Below, piece by piece: positions 52,301 through 64,000 of a stretch of DNA of 64,000 bases. The stretch spans positions 6,703,519 to 6,767,518 of the forward strand of contig CM082580.2 of the NCBI GenBank assembly GCA_040954595.2, in the 5' to 3' direction. The stretch is from Balanoglossus misakiensis. Lineage: Eukaryota; Animalia; Hemichordata. A program made the translations under genes and the position numbers. The notes under the pieces are model-generated. The model did not search any database and was not told where the DNA came from. It was given only the letters and a program-made list of their open reading frames with translations. Numbering within the stretch: position 1 is the first letter of the stretch; the number at the start of each line of letters is the position of its first letter.

Positions 52301-55300
52301 TTCCCCCCTGACATTGGAGAAGATTGTCAACTATTTTTTTCTTCCAGCTTCTGAAGGTAATGCAGAAGTCTTGGCTGAGTTTATTGGCATTGAAAATCTT
52401 TGAAACTTCACAGTGGATTAGCATGTTCATTCCGGTTGTAATTGTTTAAATATTTATGTGAATACTATTGATTTTAGTCTGAAATACCTGCATTATATTT
52501 TACACGGCTTGAGAAACGAACGTTGTATCCATTTGGTATATTTGCCGTAGCTGTGTACAAGTCTGGCCTGATCTGTTGAACATCAACATTACGTGAAATT
52601 TTATATTTTTCTGAATATGAGCTTTAGAACCCTAATCTGCGAGTATGAATGGGCAAAGATCCAGGGGTGGGCTTCATTAAAGTCTGTACAGCCCCTTGAG
52701 GAGTTGGGGAAAGGACCCTGAATGCTCCTAATGAACCAAGCCTGGCATGCAGTATTGCAAGTGCTTTAAGAAATCTGGTGGCCATAACGGAGGGTCAAAG
52801 CACGCTAAAAAGTACAGAATTTCTACTTTCATTCCCCCCAAAAAAACAGAGCATGAAGACTTTCGGGTTGGAAGCTATAACAAGAAACTCGAGAATGTAA
52901 AACCCCAAGGGCATGCTACATGTATCATTAGACAGGAGCAGTACTAGAACTTTTAAGCATAGGTTGGCTAGGAGGTATGCTGTCCCCTATGCAAATTTAT
53001 CTATAGTTACCATAGAAACTGGAAATGATTTTCACTTGGTTGGCCATATAAAAAAATGCACCATCTCATCAATATGGTCATTAAAACTAGGAAAATTCAA
53101 CTGGCCCTTTTAACCATATATGGACTCTTCTTCAGAAGACCGAGAGAAAGGTACTTGTACGTGACAAAGTGAGAAAATGCTAGTTAAAGGCAGGAAGTTG
53201 CCATACATTTTCCTGTTAACACAATTTTTTTTAAAGTCGGCTAAAAGGCTTTCATTGTCTTTTTCAATGTCGGCAAGTTGTCACTTTGATAGACCACAGG
53301 AAAATGAATCAGTTTGTACAAAAAAAGAGGTTTTCTGAAAACCCACGGGAACCTCACAAGCTACATGTATTCTCCTCAAGATGTACTATAGATGCACCAC
53401 TCATCAGATAGCATATATGTAGGAAAACATTTTTGACTTGGTTTTTCTGCACACTGTTCTGGACTACAGTGAATATTTGTTATTCTACTCTGACCTGTTA
53501 CACCCTGACTTAAAATGCCCAAAAAGTATCCAGTAATGCTACTTATATCTTGTTGTATTACTTATATCTTGTTGTATTACAGTAACTGTTACTTGGACAA
53601 TCGCCACTGAATTTAAGTGGTCATGAAACAAAAGAAAAATAAAACCTATTCCATCTAAAGATTATAGCCTTGCAAAACTTCTATAAATCATTTTATCTGG
53701 ATTATTATATTTCTCCTCTTTTGTTCAACAACCAGAAATTAAGATAGGGAAATAATTTGACCATATTTCTCCATTCTATTCGGCAATTTGGACTTCAATA
53801 GGCAGTCGGGCTCAGAATTGATATAATTCGATGTAATTCATCTCAGTGCATTCAAAGTCTTGTATGGTCTTTTAATAAATCAAATATTTCTTTTGTCTTG
53901 TCAATTATGCCTCGTGTCTGTCACAACAGAAGTGAAAGTGCTTGCTTTTTTTGCCCGATATTTCTTTGTGAATTACAACCTTCGACTTTTGACAAGGTTG
54001 AAAGTTCACATTAGCCCACAAAGCGACTCCTGAAACGAGAATTTCAGCGTGTAACAACCCCCTGCATAGATCAGCGATAAACCTCTGACAAAATATTACA
54101 TCACCACAGGCTTTACACCTGATACGCACAATAGACAATGTAAGTTCTTTGGGGAGATGATGGCAGTCCCATGAGGACTCCTGTAGAGACCAGATTAAAA
54201 ACAAACATATAGCTTCGCCACAGGTATGGCATTCCCAACTTTTCAAATTTCAGTCCGACAATAAAAGGATGCTAGCCATTCTAAATTACCCTATTAGATA
54301 AACCAACAATACCTAGTGGACAATCATTGCATTGACTGCTGACATGATATGTGTAGTTGTTGGCACGTGTCTTGGTGTATACTGCTGTACAAATCAAATG
54401 TCTTATTTGGAAAACCTCATGGCAATCCAAATTATGCTTCCACGGCAGTGATATTTGCATATTACCATATATGGATAAGAAGGCTTTGCTTTAAAAACAT
54501 GTAATGGCACTCTTTTACTTGTGACCACCCTGTTAAAATCTGCCATTGGCTAGATCGCAACTTGCCATGGTAATTGTGGCTAAATTTGCATAGGTGACTG
54601 TATACCTTTAATGCCTCACAGAATCACTTCATGTTCAGAACATGTCTGTTTAAAACTTATGCTAAATATGTATTTGTGCGTTTCATTTGTCAGTCTAGCC
54701 TTTTAATTATTACAAGCAGAATTTTCAAGGATTACCCTCATGATTGGGACGAGAATTATTCCACAGGGATTATACACGTTCACGTCGTTCTCATTTTAGA
54801 ATTGATCTCAGGTTGGCATGGTGCCAGGTGTACTCTGAAAATTAAAAGAAAATGTTGCTGGTGTGTGTGTTCCTGCCTTCTGCCCCATGCAAACTGTAAT
54901 TGAGGTCAACACTGATTGGCCTACAGCCAGGTTTTTGTGTAGGGATGGATTCATTACAGCTTTCGGATGAACATCAGTTCGAGTTACCGCAAGCTTGACA
55001 GGTCAGCGGAGAGGGGACAGGCTGTTTTCGAAGCCCAACCTGTACCTCCATTGAGTATCTTCTTCTTTGTAAATCTCTGCATTCATGAACAGATTTCACG
55101 TCAAGAAACAAGGGCCGTTAAAAAAAAATCGGTTTGACTGTGACGTTCAGAACGCCCTATATAATATGCAGATTTATTCATATTTCAGTGGTCACTCGAT
55201 TCTCGCGATTGCATCAGGGGTGACCTTGTGTATCCTCTCTGCTGTGTGTACTTGGGTGGGTGCCAAATTTCCGCTGCTGTCAGATGCCGTGCGTTCGACC

Positions 55301-56751
55301 CGTTCTTTGATATTTTCTGAAAAGCTTAAGTCTTTGAATAGTCTGCTCTGCAGATGATGTCACGCAAGGCTGGACAGTGACGTTACCTGTCATCCTTCTG
55401 TCGTTGTCATATCTTAAATGTCAGTGCGGTTAACGATGATGTGAATTGGTTAAATTATTGCTCGTTCATGACTACGGAAGCAGCCTGCTTTATTTTCGTC
55501 CGTATTTACCCATCATTGGTTTTAATGAAGCTTTCGCTGACGGTATAAGTACGCACACAATCATATCTCCGTGTCATCAGAAGCCACTTGCATTTCAGTC
55601 TGTTTTCTGGTATGTGGATTTAGTCACTAATAGTAGATATTTGAATGGTTGCGAACAGGTATAAGAAAGTATCGTGTTCTCCAGCAGAAGTTGTGTGCAA
55701 TCACATGTCTGGGATTTTATTAAATCTTTCTCACTTTTCCTCATTACAGCTACGTATACATCACTCAATTTGCGTATGGCGGCTATGGCATGGCAGGTGT
55801 AACTTGTGAAGAGCAGTACTTAATTTGCATGTTGAAGAGCTTTCAAATTAGTCGCATGCTAACACACCAGTGATATCACTAGAATGTCAACGACCATTTT
55901 AAAACGAAAGTCCCCTTTGCAAATAAGCACAAATTTTCCACTTCTGGCATCTTTTTAATTTGAATTCCATTTCAGTAAAAAGTAATAATAAGGTATTTTT
56001 ATAATACAGTCTCTCCAACTACAGCTGTGCAGCTGCACTGTTCACTTTAAATGAATTTCATCGAGTCAGATGATGTGTTTCTGGGAATTTGCAGTTATGC
56101 ATTATTATGACTTCAACAGCAGATGTTGGTTGCCGTAGGCAGTCATTTCCATTCAGTACTGTGTGTACCCATTAACTCTGTTAATCATGTTTTCTCACAT
56201 GATTTAACTTATTTGACCCACCAGAGTCCTGATTGCCACTGGAATCTTTTTTTATTCACCGCATTGACATTGATTGCTGCCTGCCAGTATTTTCATTCAA
56301 CGTTTTCATGGCTCATGCGATCTCTTTCAGCCAGTTATGTTCAAATTCTGATTTCTCCGCCAGCAGGATCAATACTTTTTTCGGGGGTTTGTGTGTATTA
56401 GTTCTACTTTCCCTGGCAATTAAGCTTTTTACGACAGTATTCTCTCTCTCGGCCGTGCATGTTGCCACCCCGGGGGCTGAGTGAGCCTGGGATTTCGCCC
56501 GATTTTCACATCCGTTGGTTCCCTTGTCGACACGTCGGCAGAGTTTTCCCCCGATCCCTGTTCACCATCAATAACAGCGGCGCTTTTTTAAATGTTTAAT
56601 TTCAGTTGAGCGTCCCAAGCCAGTGAGAGCGAGTCCATCTTCTTCCATTAGACGAACCTCTTCACTAGACACGATAACTGGCTACCTGACCGGTATCTGG
56701 CCGCGGGATGGAACGAATTACGGCCCAGAAATGAAACACAAGTCGACACAG
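31043..56751 (+). CDS. GLCCI1: GLCCI1/FAM117 family protein, first two coding exons; 25.3-kb intron 1; gene continues beyond the window
   Basis: Exon 31043-31301 (PPMKATLVPISLRQGSPTR…SPERRSPTSP, phase-1 gtgagt donor) joins exon 56606-56751 ([21 protein letters not shown]…MKHKSTQ). Resembles human GLCCI1 [22 protein letters not shown]…MKDKATQ. Probably the single pro-orthologue of GLCCI1/FAM117A/FAM117B. Confidence 0.9.
32695..32739. repeat. Perfect palindrome, 22-bp arms, 1-nt spacer
   Basis: CAGTTTTTAATTAAAGCATAGA-G-TCTATGCTTTAATTAAAAACTG. Confidence 0.95.
32763..32953. repeat. Perfect 80-bp inverted repeat with an internal 28-bp tandem duplication
   Basis: 32763-32842 is the reverse complement of 32874-32953; 32843-32870 repeats the last 28 nt of the left arm. 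Confidence 0.95.
44360..44522 (+). CDS. Possible alternative first coding exon of GLCCI1/FAM117
   Basis: gtcATGG start, 54 codons + 1 nt, CTG|gtacgg donor in phase 1, compatible with exon 2; no homology recognised. Confidence 0.35.
53540..53580. repeat. 19-bp tandem duplication
   Basis: TACTTATATCTTGTTGTAT x2. Confidence 0.85.
54520..54611 (-). mobile_element. Partial inverted copy of the 6115 MITE family
   Basis: Reverse complement TTAAAGGTATACAGTCACCTATGCAAATTTAGCCAC…CTAGCCAATGGCAGATTTT aligns with 6115-6195. Confidence 0.65.
56606..56751 (+). CDS. GLCCI1: GLCCI1/FAM117 coding exon 2 (RRTSSLD…WPRD…KSTQ)
   Basis: tttcag acceptor at 56605, CAG|gtgagt donor, family signature peptide; not listed in the ORF track. 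Confidence 0.93.
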
Positions 56752-57692
56752 GTGAGTCACAGCGAAAAGCAAGAAGAACAATATCCAATATTCTGGATAT
56801 AATGAATCATTAGTTTCATTCACGCAGAGCTTTCCGTGGCTTCTCATCTCATAAGGCATTATGTGTCCTGACATGCCATTCATCCTTATACATGTCAATT
56901 TTTCATCCCTGCTTTGAATGACCCCGCTGCACCGGCCATTCAATTTCATATGAAGCGAAAGGGGTGAAAGGTCAATCAATTATCTCCCGTGTATTAAAGC
57001 CTTGGAGTTTTGTAGCATGCTAATCTCATGGTTAGCACGGGTGTGATGATGGGCAAGTCGTGCCGTGACACTGCTAATACAGCAAGTTCGACCCGTGCAT
57101 CTGAAACCACGTACACGTTCTGTGAAGTGCAATGCAACACCGCTGTATTTCTATACGTGACATTTGCGGAAGTGGCATAATTTCAAAATTGTTGGAGATG
57201 TATTATACCTTAGGGCTCTGACAGCGCAAAGGAATGGATATATGAACTTGTATTAGGTAGACAGTATTTTCTGTTGCTTTGCTTTATGCCCTTGGTCTTT
57301 GTTCTTCTTCATGAATAAACAGTTGTAGATGCTGTAAATATGCATTCAGCCAAAGATCACAGCAGTATCTCACAGACTGCACGACCGGTAGTACTTTGCC
57401 ACCTACTCATGTTTTAAGTATACATTCTTTTATTTGGGGAGGGATGTTGAGATCAAATGCAATTACTTTTGCTTATTCTATGCATGTTTTACGTATTATC
57501 CACTGCCCCTTTACGAAACAAGAACAAGCCCAAGATTATTCCTCAGCGAGTGACTTTGTCTCTTCAAATAATGTAATCAGCGTTTGAATGTGTACACTGG
57601 GGAAATCCTATACACTTGGGAAATCCCAGAAAGCTGTGGAATTTGACGCTGGAAAGTTTTGGATTTGACGCCACTCCTGGAAGGTCCTTTGA

Positions 57693-57785
57693 ATAACCCT
57701 TTCACCACCGTGGTATGGTCCAAATTGGTTGTTTTCTATGGTGAAGTTGGACTTCTAAAGAAGGGAACTGGGGTGAAAGGGTTAA
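57693..57785. mobile_element. Second copy of the 85-bp piggyBac-like MITE
   Basis: ATAA-CCCTTTCACCACC…GTCCAAA…TTTTCT…AGTTGGAC…CTAAAGA…GGAACTGGGGTGAAAGGG-TTAA aligns with 8609-8693. Confidence 0.75.
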
Positions 57786-57931
57786 AGTCCTGGAAATTTT
57801 TACTGTTTGAACCTGTGTTATTCTTTTTTGCCATATCTTTCTGTCATGGTCTCATCGAATACTTACAAAAATTAAGACATTTCAGAGTGGTTTAGCCTCC
57901 AGTGAGTCACGAGGTTCCAACTATGACTCGT

Positions 57932-58103
57932 CAGTGTTTTTGCTAATGTTGGGGACATAGGTAACCGATCTGGGAACCCCAGTAACATTTCTGCTACCCA
58001 TTAATATAAATGCATCAAATTGACAAAACAAGGGGAACCCTGGTGAAGTGACTGGGTAACCCAGGTGACGCTTACCTGGATACCGCCTTTAATAAAAACA
58101 CTG
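57932..58103. mobile_element. hAT-like MITE
   Basis: TIR CAGTGTTTTT…AAAAACACTG, repeated internal GG(T/G)AACC motifs, flanks CTCGT/CTCAT. Confidence 0.55.
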
Positions 58104-61100
58104 CTCATTACAAATACACAGCAGGGGTTTATGTACAATAATTATGATATAGGTAGCAAGCAGCAACACAGTGTTTTCCTGTCCAGTTGTAACAAATTTC
58201 TGAGTGTCTGGCTGCACTTATCAATATATACCATGCAGTGAACACATTTTGTAGCACGGGAATAACATTACTTCTCAAAATGAAAAGCATATAAGTATAA
58301 ACTTAAGCTCTGGCCATGTACGTTGCTATGGGCACAGGTTCTGATGTTTTATTTTTAACTGGAATAGTTATACCTGTGATGGTGATATTACACTTATGTT
58401 AATTATATCTGCTGCAAAAGCAGCAATTGCTAGTAGTTGGTATATATGAAATAAACTACGTTTTCCCAGATCCCTGCATTGGATCTGTATCTGGCTTGCT
58501 GCTGATATGAATATTCACGTGCCAGGGCCAACTGTCTTTCCCATAAAAATCCCTCAGGTGCCACATTTCACACAAATGTAAGATATTTCCAAACGCCTGT
58601 GGGCTTTTTAAAGATAGGAATATTAAAAGGACCCTGAATAAACCATTAGCATCCATCACTGGCATGTGAAAATAATGAGGCTACTTGAAGCCGGTTTCCG
58701 TGATTTTTCCAACTACTTCAAGTTCACTCCTGCCCACATTACAAATCAAGTGCGTTTTAGTCGTTGACATTGAACTCTGGCCCCCATATCAGAGCAAATA
58801 TGTAAGGGGAGAACTGAAATATCACTGTGACAGATTCCCATTTGTCATCAATGTGTCTTTCATAAAAATGCCTTAAGTAAATTTTCAATATTTTACAGTA
58901 CTGTGTTAAGTCAGCAAATACGTGTTAAGCAATTCCATGATTCAGTCTTGCCTCTTGGATGTGAAATGATACGTTTCAGAGCCGTTTGCCTTTGAAAGCC
59001 ACAACAGTGCCATCAGGATTGTGATATTTTTAACACTGGTAAACAATACCGATATTTTCACACTTTACTCAGCATTGACTCAAATCATAATTGACAAGAT
59101 CCTGTCAAGACTGCTATGCATGTGACCTTTCACACAATCACCTTTTTACAAGAATGTCATTTTGCCGCACAGGAAATATGTAAGTTTCTTCCAGAAATGC
59201 TGTATTTTCCACATTCTACATCATGAAAGAGTGCTGTGCTAAATTTATAAGACAACCGTTTTGTAGGAACCAGAGCAGCTCAGTTGCTTAGATCTTTAAT
59301 TTGTTTACACTGTTAATATCTTATTAATTCAGTTGTACCAAAGGTAAGTATAAATCCTGGGTTAACACAAGTGCTTATTTTAAAACTGAAAGCCATGAAT
59401 TTTCAGTTGATCTGAAATTTCAATGCAGCTTCACAAACGAAATCCCCTTTTAATTAAAATTGTCATCGCGACTGAGTGGATTGCTTTGGGAATCTTCTTA
59501 AAAGGGAGAGGGTTTTCCAGTAATCTCTCATGAGCTGTATTGTATTCTCCATACCCAGAGTTCACCGAAAGATTTGTCAAATAATATTGGTTGTGTATGC
59601 TAGCTATCGGCTTTGTGGGTAATACCAGGCGATAGGAGAGATTTTAGTATTTGGGGTTTTATGAGTTATTTCGTGTCATGATTCTGCCCATGGTAACATG
59701 TTGAATAGGTCATCAGAGCCTATTTTGTCAGGCATAGTGAGGCAAGGGAAAATGTGTCTTTAGATGTAAAAAAAGAAGAGGCCGCAATATGGTTTACCTT
59801 GTAGGTGACAATGTTTGTGTACGTGACAGTGTTTGTGCAGTTTAAATACAACTTATTTGTATAATAGTAACATTTGAAAAATGATAAAATTGACTCATCT
59901 TCTTGCTCAAAGATTATAAGAAGTAGATTCAGTGCAAGAATTCTCTTGTAAAAGTGCTGTTTTGTTCAAACACCTTTTCTGTGAAATAATAACCGAATAA
60001 ATTCAACAAAGACGCGTACGTGCTGCTTGTTGGTCTATCGATTCTGGAGAACGGGCCCTGGCCGCATCACATTCAATTTCAAGAGCTCTCGGGTAATTCA
60101 TTGCATGTTTTATTTTTTATGACCGCTGAAAGCAAATGCAGTGCGTGCGTGCTGAATCTGATTGGCAGATCGGATGAAAAAGAAGGTCAACTTTGACAAG
60201 AGGCTTCAACCCTGACAATATTAATCTCGCCATATTTCATCTAGTTCTTGAAACGTTGCCAATCCTCCGCTGACTGGGGTTCCCTAAAGAAAGCAATGTG
60301 CCTTCATTAGAATAATGTCTAAGAGCAAATTTTTCCTCGTCTTGACCGTGCACTGAAAAGAGCACGAGATAGAAAAGCGACATCAATAATTGAATCCATC
60401 AGTTTTGTCCAATTAAAAAATTAATATCCAATTATACCGCATGTAAAAAGCAATAAAGCCAAGCTAACAAGCTCTCTGAAAATCGTTGAAAGGGGCTTGA
60501 TTTATGTAATATTCATCGCGTCCATGTCTTTTCTCTGAAAACTGTCATTTAGGCATCTGATTTCATGCCATTTATAATATGAGACCAGGCTGATGTGAAT
60601 GGTGTCATAAAAAATGGCTTGGTGCGTTGAAGATCTCGTTAAGTTTCCCACAGAAAGGGGAAAACCATGCCTTTCTCTGTGTCCCCTTTTTGCTTCCACA
60701 TAGCTCAGAATTTACTTGACATAACTGTCCTTGCTGTATTAGAAGCCACCAAGTCATTGAAATGTCTGTACCATACTTCTTAGCAGAATGTGTGCATTTT
60801 TACTGATTTGCAGTGCCCTATTAGTGTTTACATGCGATCGGTTCATTCTGGCGTAGCTTTGCTTTGGGCTCTTGCCAAGGGAGTATTCTGTGTTTTTCTT
60901 GCATCTGTGATCACGTTGTCACACCATAGACTGTTTCAACTGTGAGATCTGGAGGTTGAAACTAGCCCTCTGAAAGAATCGCATTTCTGTGCCTTGTCGG
61001 TAACATTAAAGGGACACATGAGTGCTGTCAAAACAGCGCTCAGCGTTGCTTCATAAAAATGTGAGTGTTTCAGAGAATGATATAAAAACATTTTACGTGA

Positions 61101-64000
61101 AAAAATATATGCCAGATAGCCTAGATACAGTTAAACTGTATCCCACCATATGTTTGCTTCTTCTTTTTCTCCTCCATCACATATATTGATGCTTGATTTT
61201 TACCTATCTCAAAGAAAAGTAGATGTAATATGACGTTGTTCAATTTTCCAGGTAATGGCTGTTGGTGATAGCACACGTGGATGTAATTTAATGTGGTGTA
61301 ATAGTTTCTTGAGCAGCGGTGTGCAGTCGGTACGATCAAAGTGTCTCAGCCCAGCCATATTGTCTGCTTCCTTTCAATATCTCCAGTTCTGGCATTTCAG
61401 CAAGAGAGAGAGAGGGTGGAAAATATTCCCCAGTTCCTCAGATTTTTATGTGCTGTGGGTTGTGTCCTCTTCTGTGTATCCTGCCCAGACCCTCGCAATC
61501 AATCTTTGGAAACAATTTGCGATGAAATGTTTGAGTTTTGAAAACCTTGTTTTGTGGTAGTACACCAATGATTGCGGAACGTCGCCAGAGAGACTGGCAT
61601 TGATGAGTTGAGTGCCATACGGTTGTTGGCTCTGCAAAATTTCCTGATTTTTTTTTCTTTGCATCAGTGCAAATAACTACACTTGAATGGAGCCGTGCTG
61701 TATCAAAGGATCTTGCTTGCTATTCTCAAAAGGGATACACAACTGTCATAGGATGGTCTAGTTGTTTGTGTATAATGTTATTAGACTTCTGACTTAAAGA
61801 TTTTCGTTGTGATGTGGGGAACTTTGTCGTCTTCACCACAGGAATGCAGTAGGAAACTTTCACCATGGAAACAGAACCTCATATTATTATTAGATTTACT
61901 CGGTGCTTTCTGACTTGGTACATTTCTCCTTGATAGCAGAAAAGAAAAAGAGGAAAAAATGCCTTTGCACTGTCAGATGCCACAGGAAAATTTGAACACG
62001 CATACACACCACCTATTTGATCTGTCACTGGAGACTAATACCACAGCATATGCCGGCTAGTGGGGAAGACCAAATGTCATTGTACTCGTATAGGACATAG
62101 AACATTCCATTACTTTCATTAAAGGCAAATCGATCGGTTTGTTATCTCACAGTGCCGTAAAATAGGACACTGCACAGTGTTCTGTGGTTATCATTGCAGA
62201 AAGGCAATTTTGTAAATGCCTCAAGGTGAAAAAAAAATGATTATCTGTCAGGAAGTTTGTGTCCTACGGTTTCACGTTCACAGAAGAACCACTGTGAACG
62301 CTCCAGTGATACTTCAGTGACTGGCAGCAGAAAAAAAAAATCAATATTATAATACTGTATGGTCATTCTGTTATCTCCGACATGCAGCTGTCAGCCGTTC
62401 ATATTATTTATCTGCATGCTGCCGTTGTCAACTTGCCTTTTTTTCTTCAAATCATAGCGATCTCATAATTATCTATTTTTTTGAAACCTGCATCATTAGG
62501 TTGATAGTCGGGTCATTTTGGGTCAAGATGAAATACGGACGTCATTAAAACAAGAAGAAATGTGAATCGAGTGACAGCAGCCGTTATTGATGAAACTTTC
62601 CGTTACCAAACTGCTTTCAAGTGAAATTGGAGCATAATCTCAGTTTTATGTACCCTTTTTACGTTATAATCAACGTTTTTTGTAACCTATACCCCCAAAA
62701 AACCTACAAGTAACGTCTTGAGAAAAGTGTACACAGTAGAGATTTAAAATGCTCCAAACTACAAGGCTAAGGTATTTTAATGGTATACTGAAGTTTTTCG
62801 GAAACAATGTTGTTGTGCGTGGGTCACTTAACAGTCCAGCTAACCTATCAGACAATTGTTATAGTCCTATATAACCACAAAGCCGCTGTCAAAAAAACAG
62901 AATGATCAATTGTTATACTGTTGTCCACTTGTGTTCCACTGCCCATTTACAGCCAGTTGATGGGCGCAGTGTTTACAATCGTAGTTGTTTGTGTCAGCTT
63001 GCCCGGGAGATTGTAACGTATAAGTGTTGTTGCCATCCTGCCCACACCGTGTTGTTTAATTCCAGTGTGTACTTGAATATCCATGGATCACGATAGTTCA
63101 CTGAACTCTGTGGTGTGTAGCACATTTTCACAGTCTGTGTTGGTTAGAATTTGTGGATTTGTTCATTCCTGGAGAGACCTGGAATTATTTATAAACCACT
63201 TGTGAAAAGTCCTTGAAACACCTGGGAAAATGAAGTTAACCCCTTCTCACATTTGAGATTGAAAACTGCCGGAAAATCCCTGATAAGTGTGAAGTCTTAG
63301 AATTTTTCAATGACAAGAGAACTTCTTAACACAGGTTTAGTAAGGCATATATAGCAGTGAGAATCACTCTTCAATGGATACCAGGAATTCACTTTAAAAA
63401 ATTTGATAAACAAATTGATGGCATGAGGAGTTACCATACAAATCAAACACTCTTTTCCTGTGCCAATATTGTTTGGGTACTACTGCAGTCCTTTGACAAA
63501 AGTTGATAGATATACTGTTGAGTGAGTTCTAATACAGAAGCCACAAAAGACATCTGCATTATTGCTGATAATGTTTGCGAACAAAAAAAAAGTGAGCTAA
63601 CGTGACTAGAAAAATTACAAGCAGATTGAACTGATTTGCTTGCCTTTGGCATATAAGAGATATTGCTTTTGTTAGGTTTGTGTAGGACAGAAAAGAAAAG
63701 TGCACACATCTTTCGACCATTGTAAATTCGGAGCCGGATTAAAAATAGATGGTGATCATTGATGAAATGACTTGTAATATCCCAAATAAATCTTAGACTT
63801 CAAATCTACATGATTCATGTCCCATGATGCAATGCGATTGCAAGATGGCCGTCAGCTCCATTCCTATTGATGTAAGTATGGGCATTGCAAATGTTAATTC
63901 TCCCCCCAAAAGCATGGCCTGTGACAGAAAATCAACCACAGAAACCGAGACCACACATGGTACATAATGGGAAATTGATTAACTATTAGTGTTAGAGGAG

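Noticed and set aside
56752-64000. GLCCI1 exon 3 (expected TP…H.RSASWGS)
   Set aside because: Not found by eye; presumably beyond the window end.

Overview
This is eukaryotic (metazoan) genomic DNA, AT-rich and intron-rich. It is most consistent with a marine invertebrate deuterostome such as a hemichordate, but that assignment is inference. The ORF track is mostly noise; reading across splice sites gives four genes. (1) The 3' 15 coding exons of MIOS (GATOR2 subunit, + strand, 65-8078), containing two AT-AC U12-type minor introns. (2) A complete 4-exon RPA3 (- strand, 11099-10110). (3) A complete UMAD1-like UMA-domain gene (+ strand, CDS 12392-21731), head-to-head with RPA3. (4) The first two coding exons of a GLCCI1/FAM117 gene (+ strand, 31043-31301 and 56606-56751), which continues beyond the window. 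Order and orientation match the human 7p21 block as I recall it. The remainder is intron/intergenic sequence with short MITEs, an L2-like LINE remnant, a Helentron-type end, microsatellites and a striking double palindrome at 32.7-32.95 kb. I found no prokaryotic-type system and no clearly novel protein family. The best leads are the paired minor introns, a possible alternative GLCCI1 first exon, HRS-like trafficking motifs on UMAD1 and the fold-back DNA. All homology calls are from recalled sequences, not database searches.
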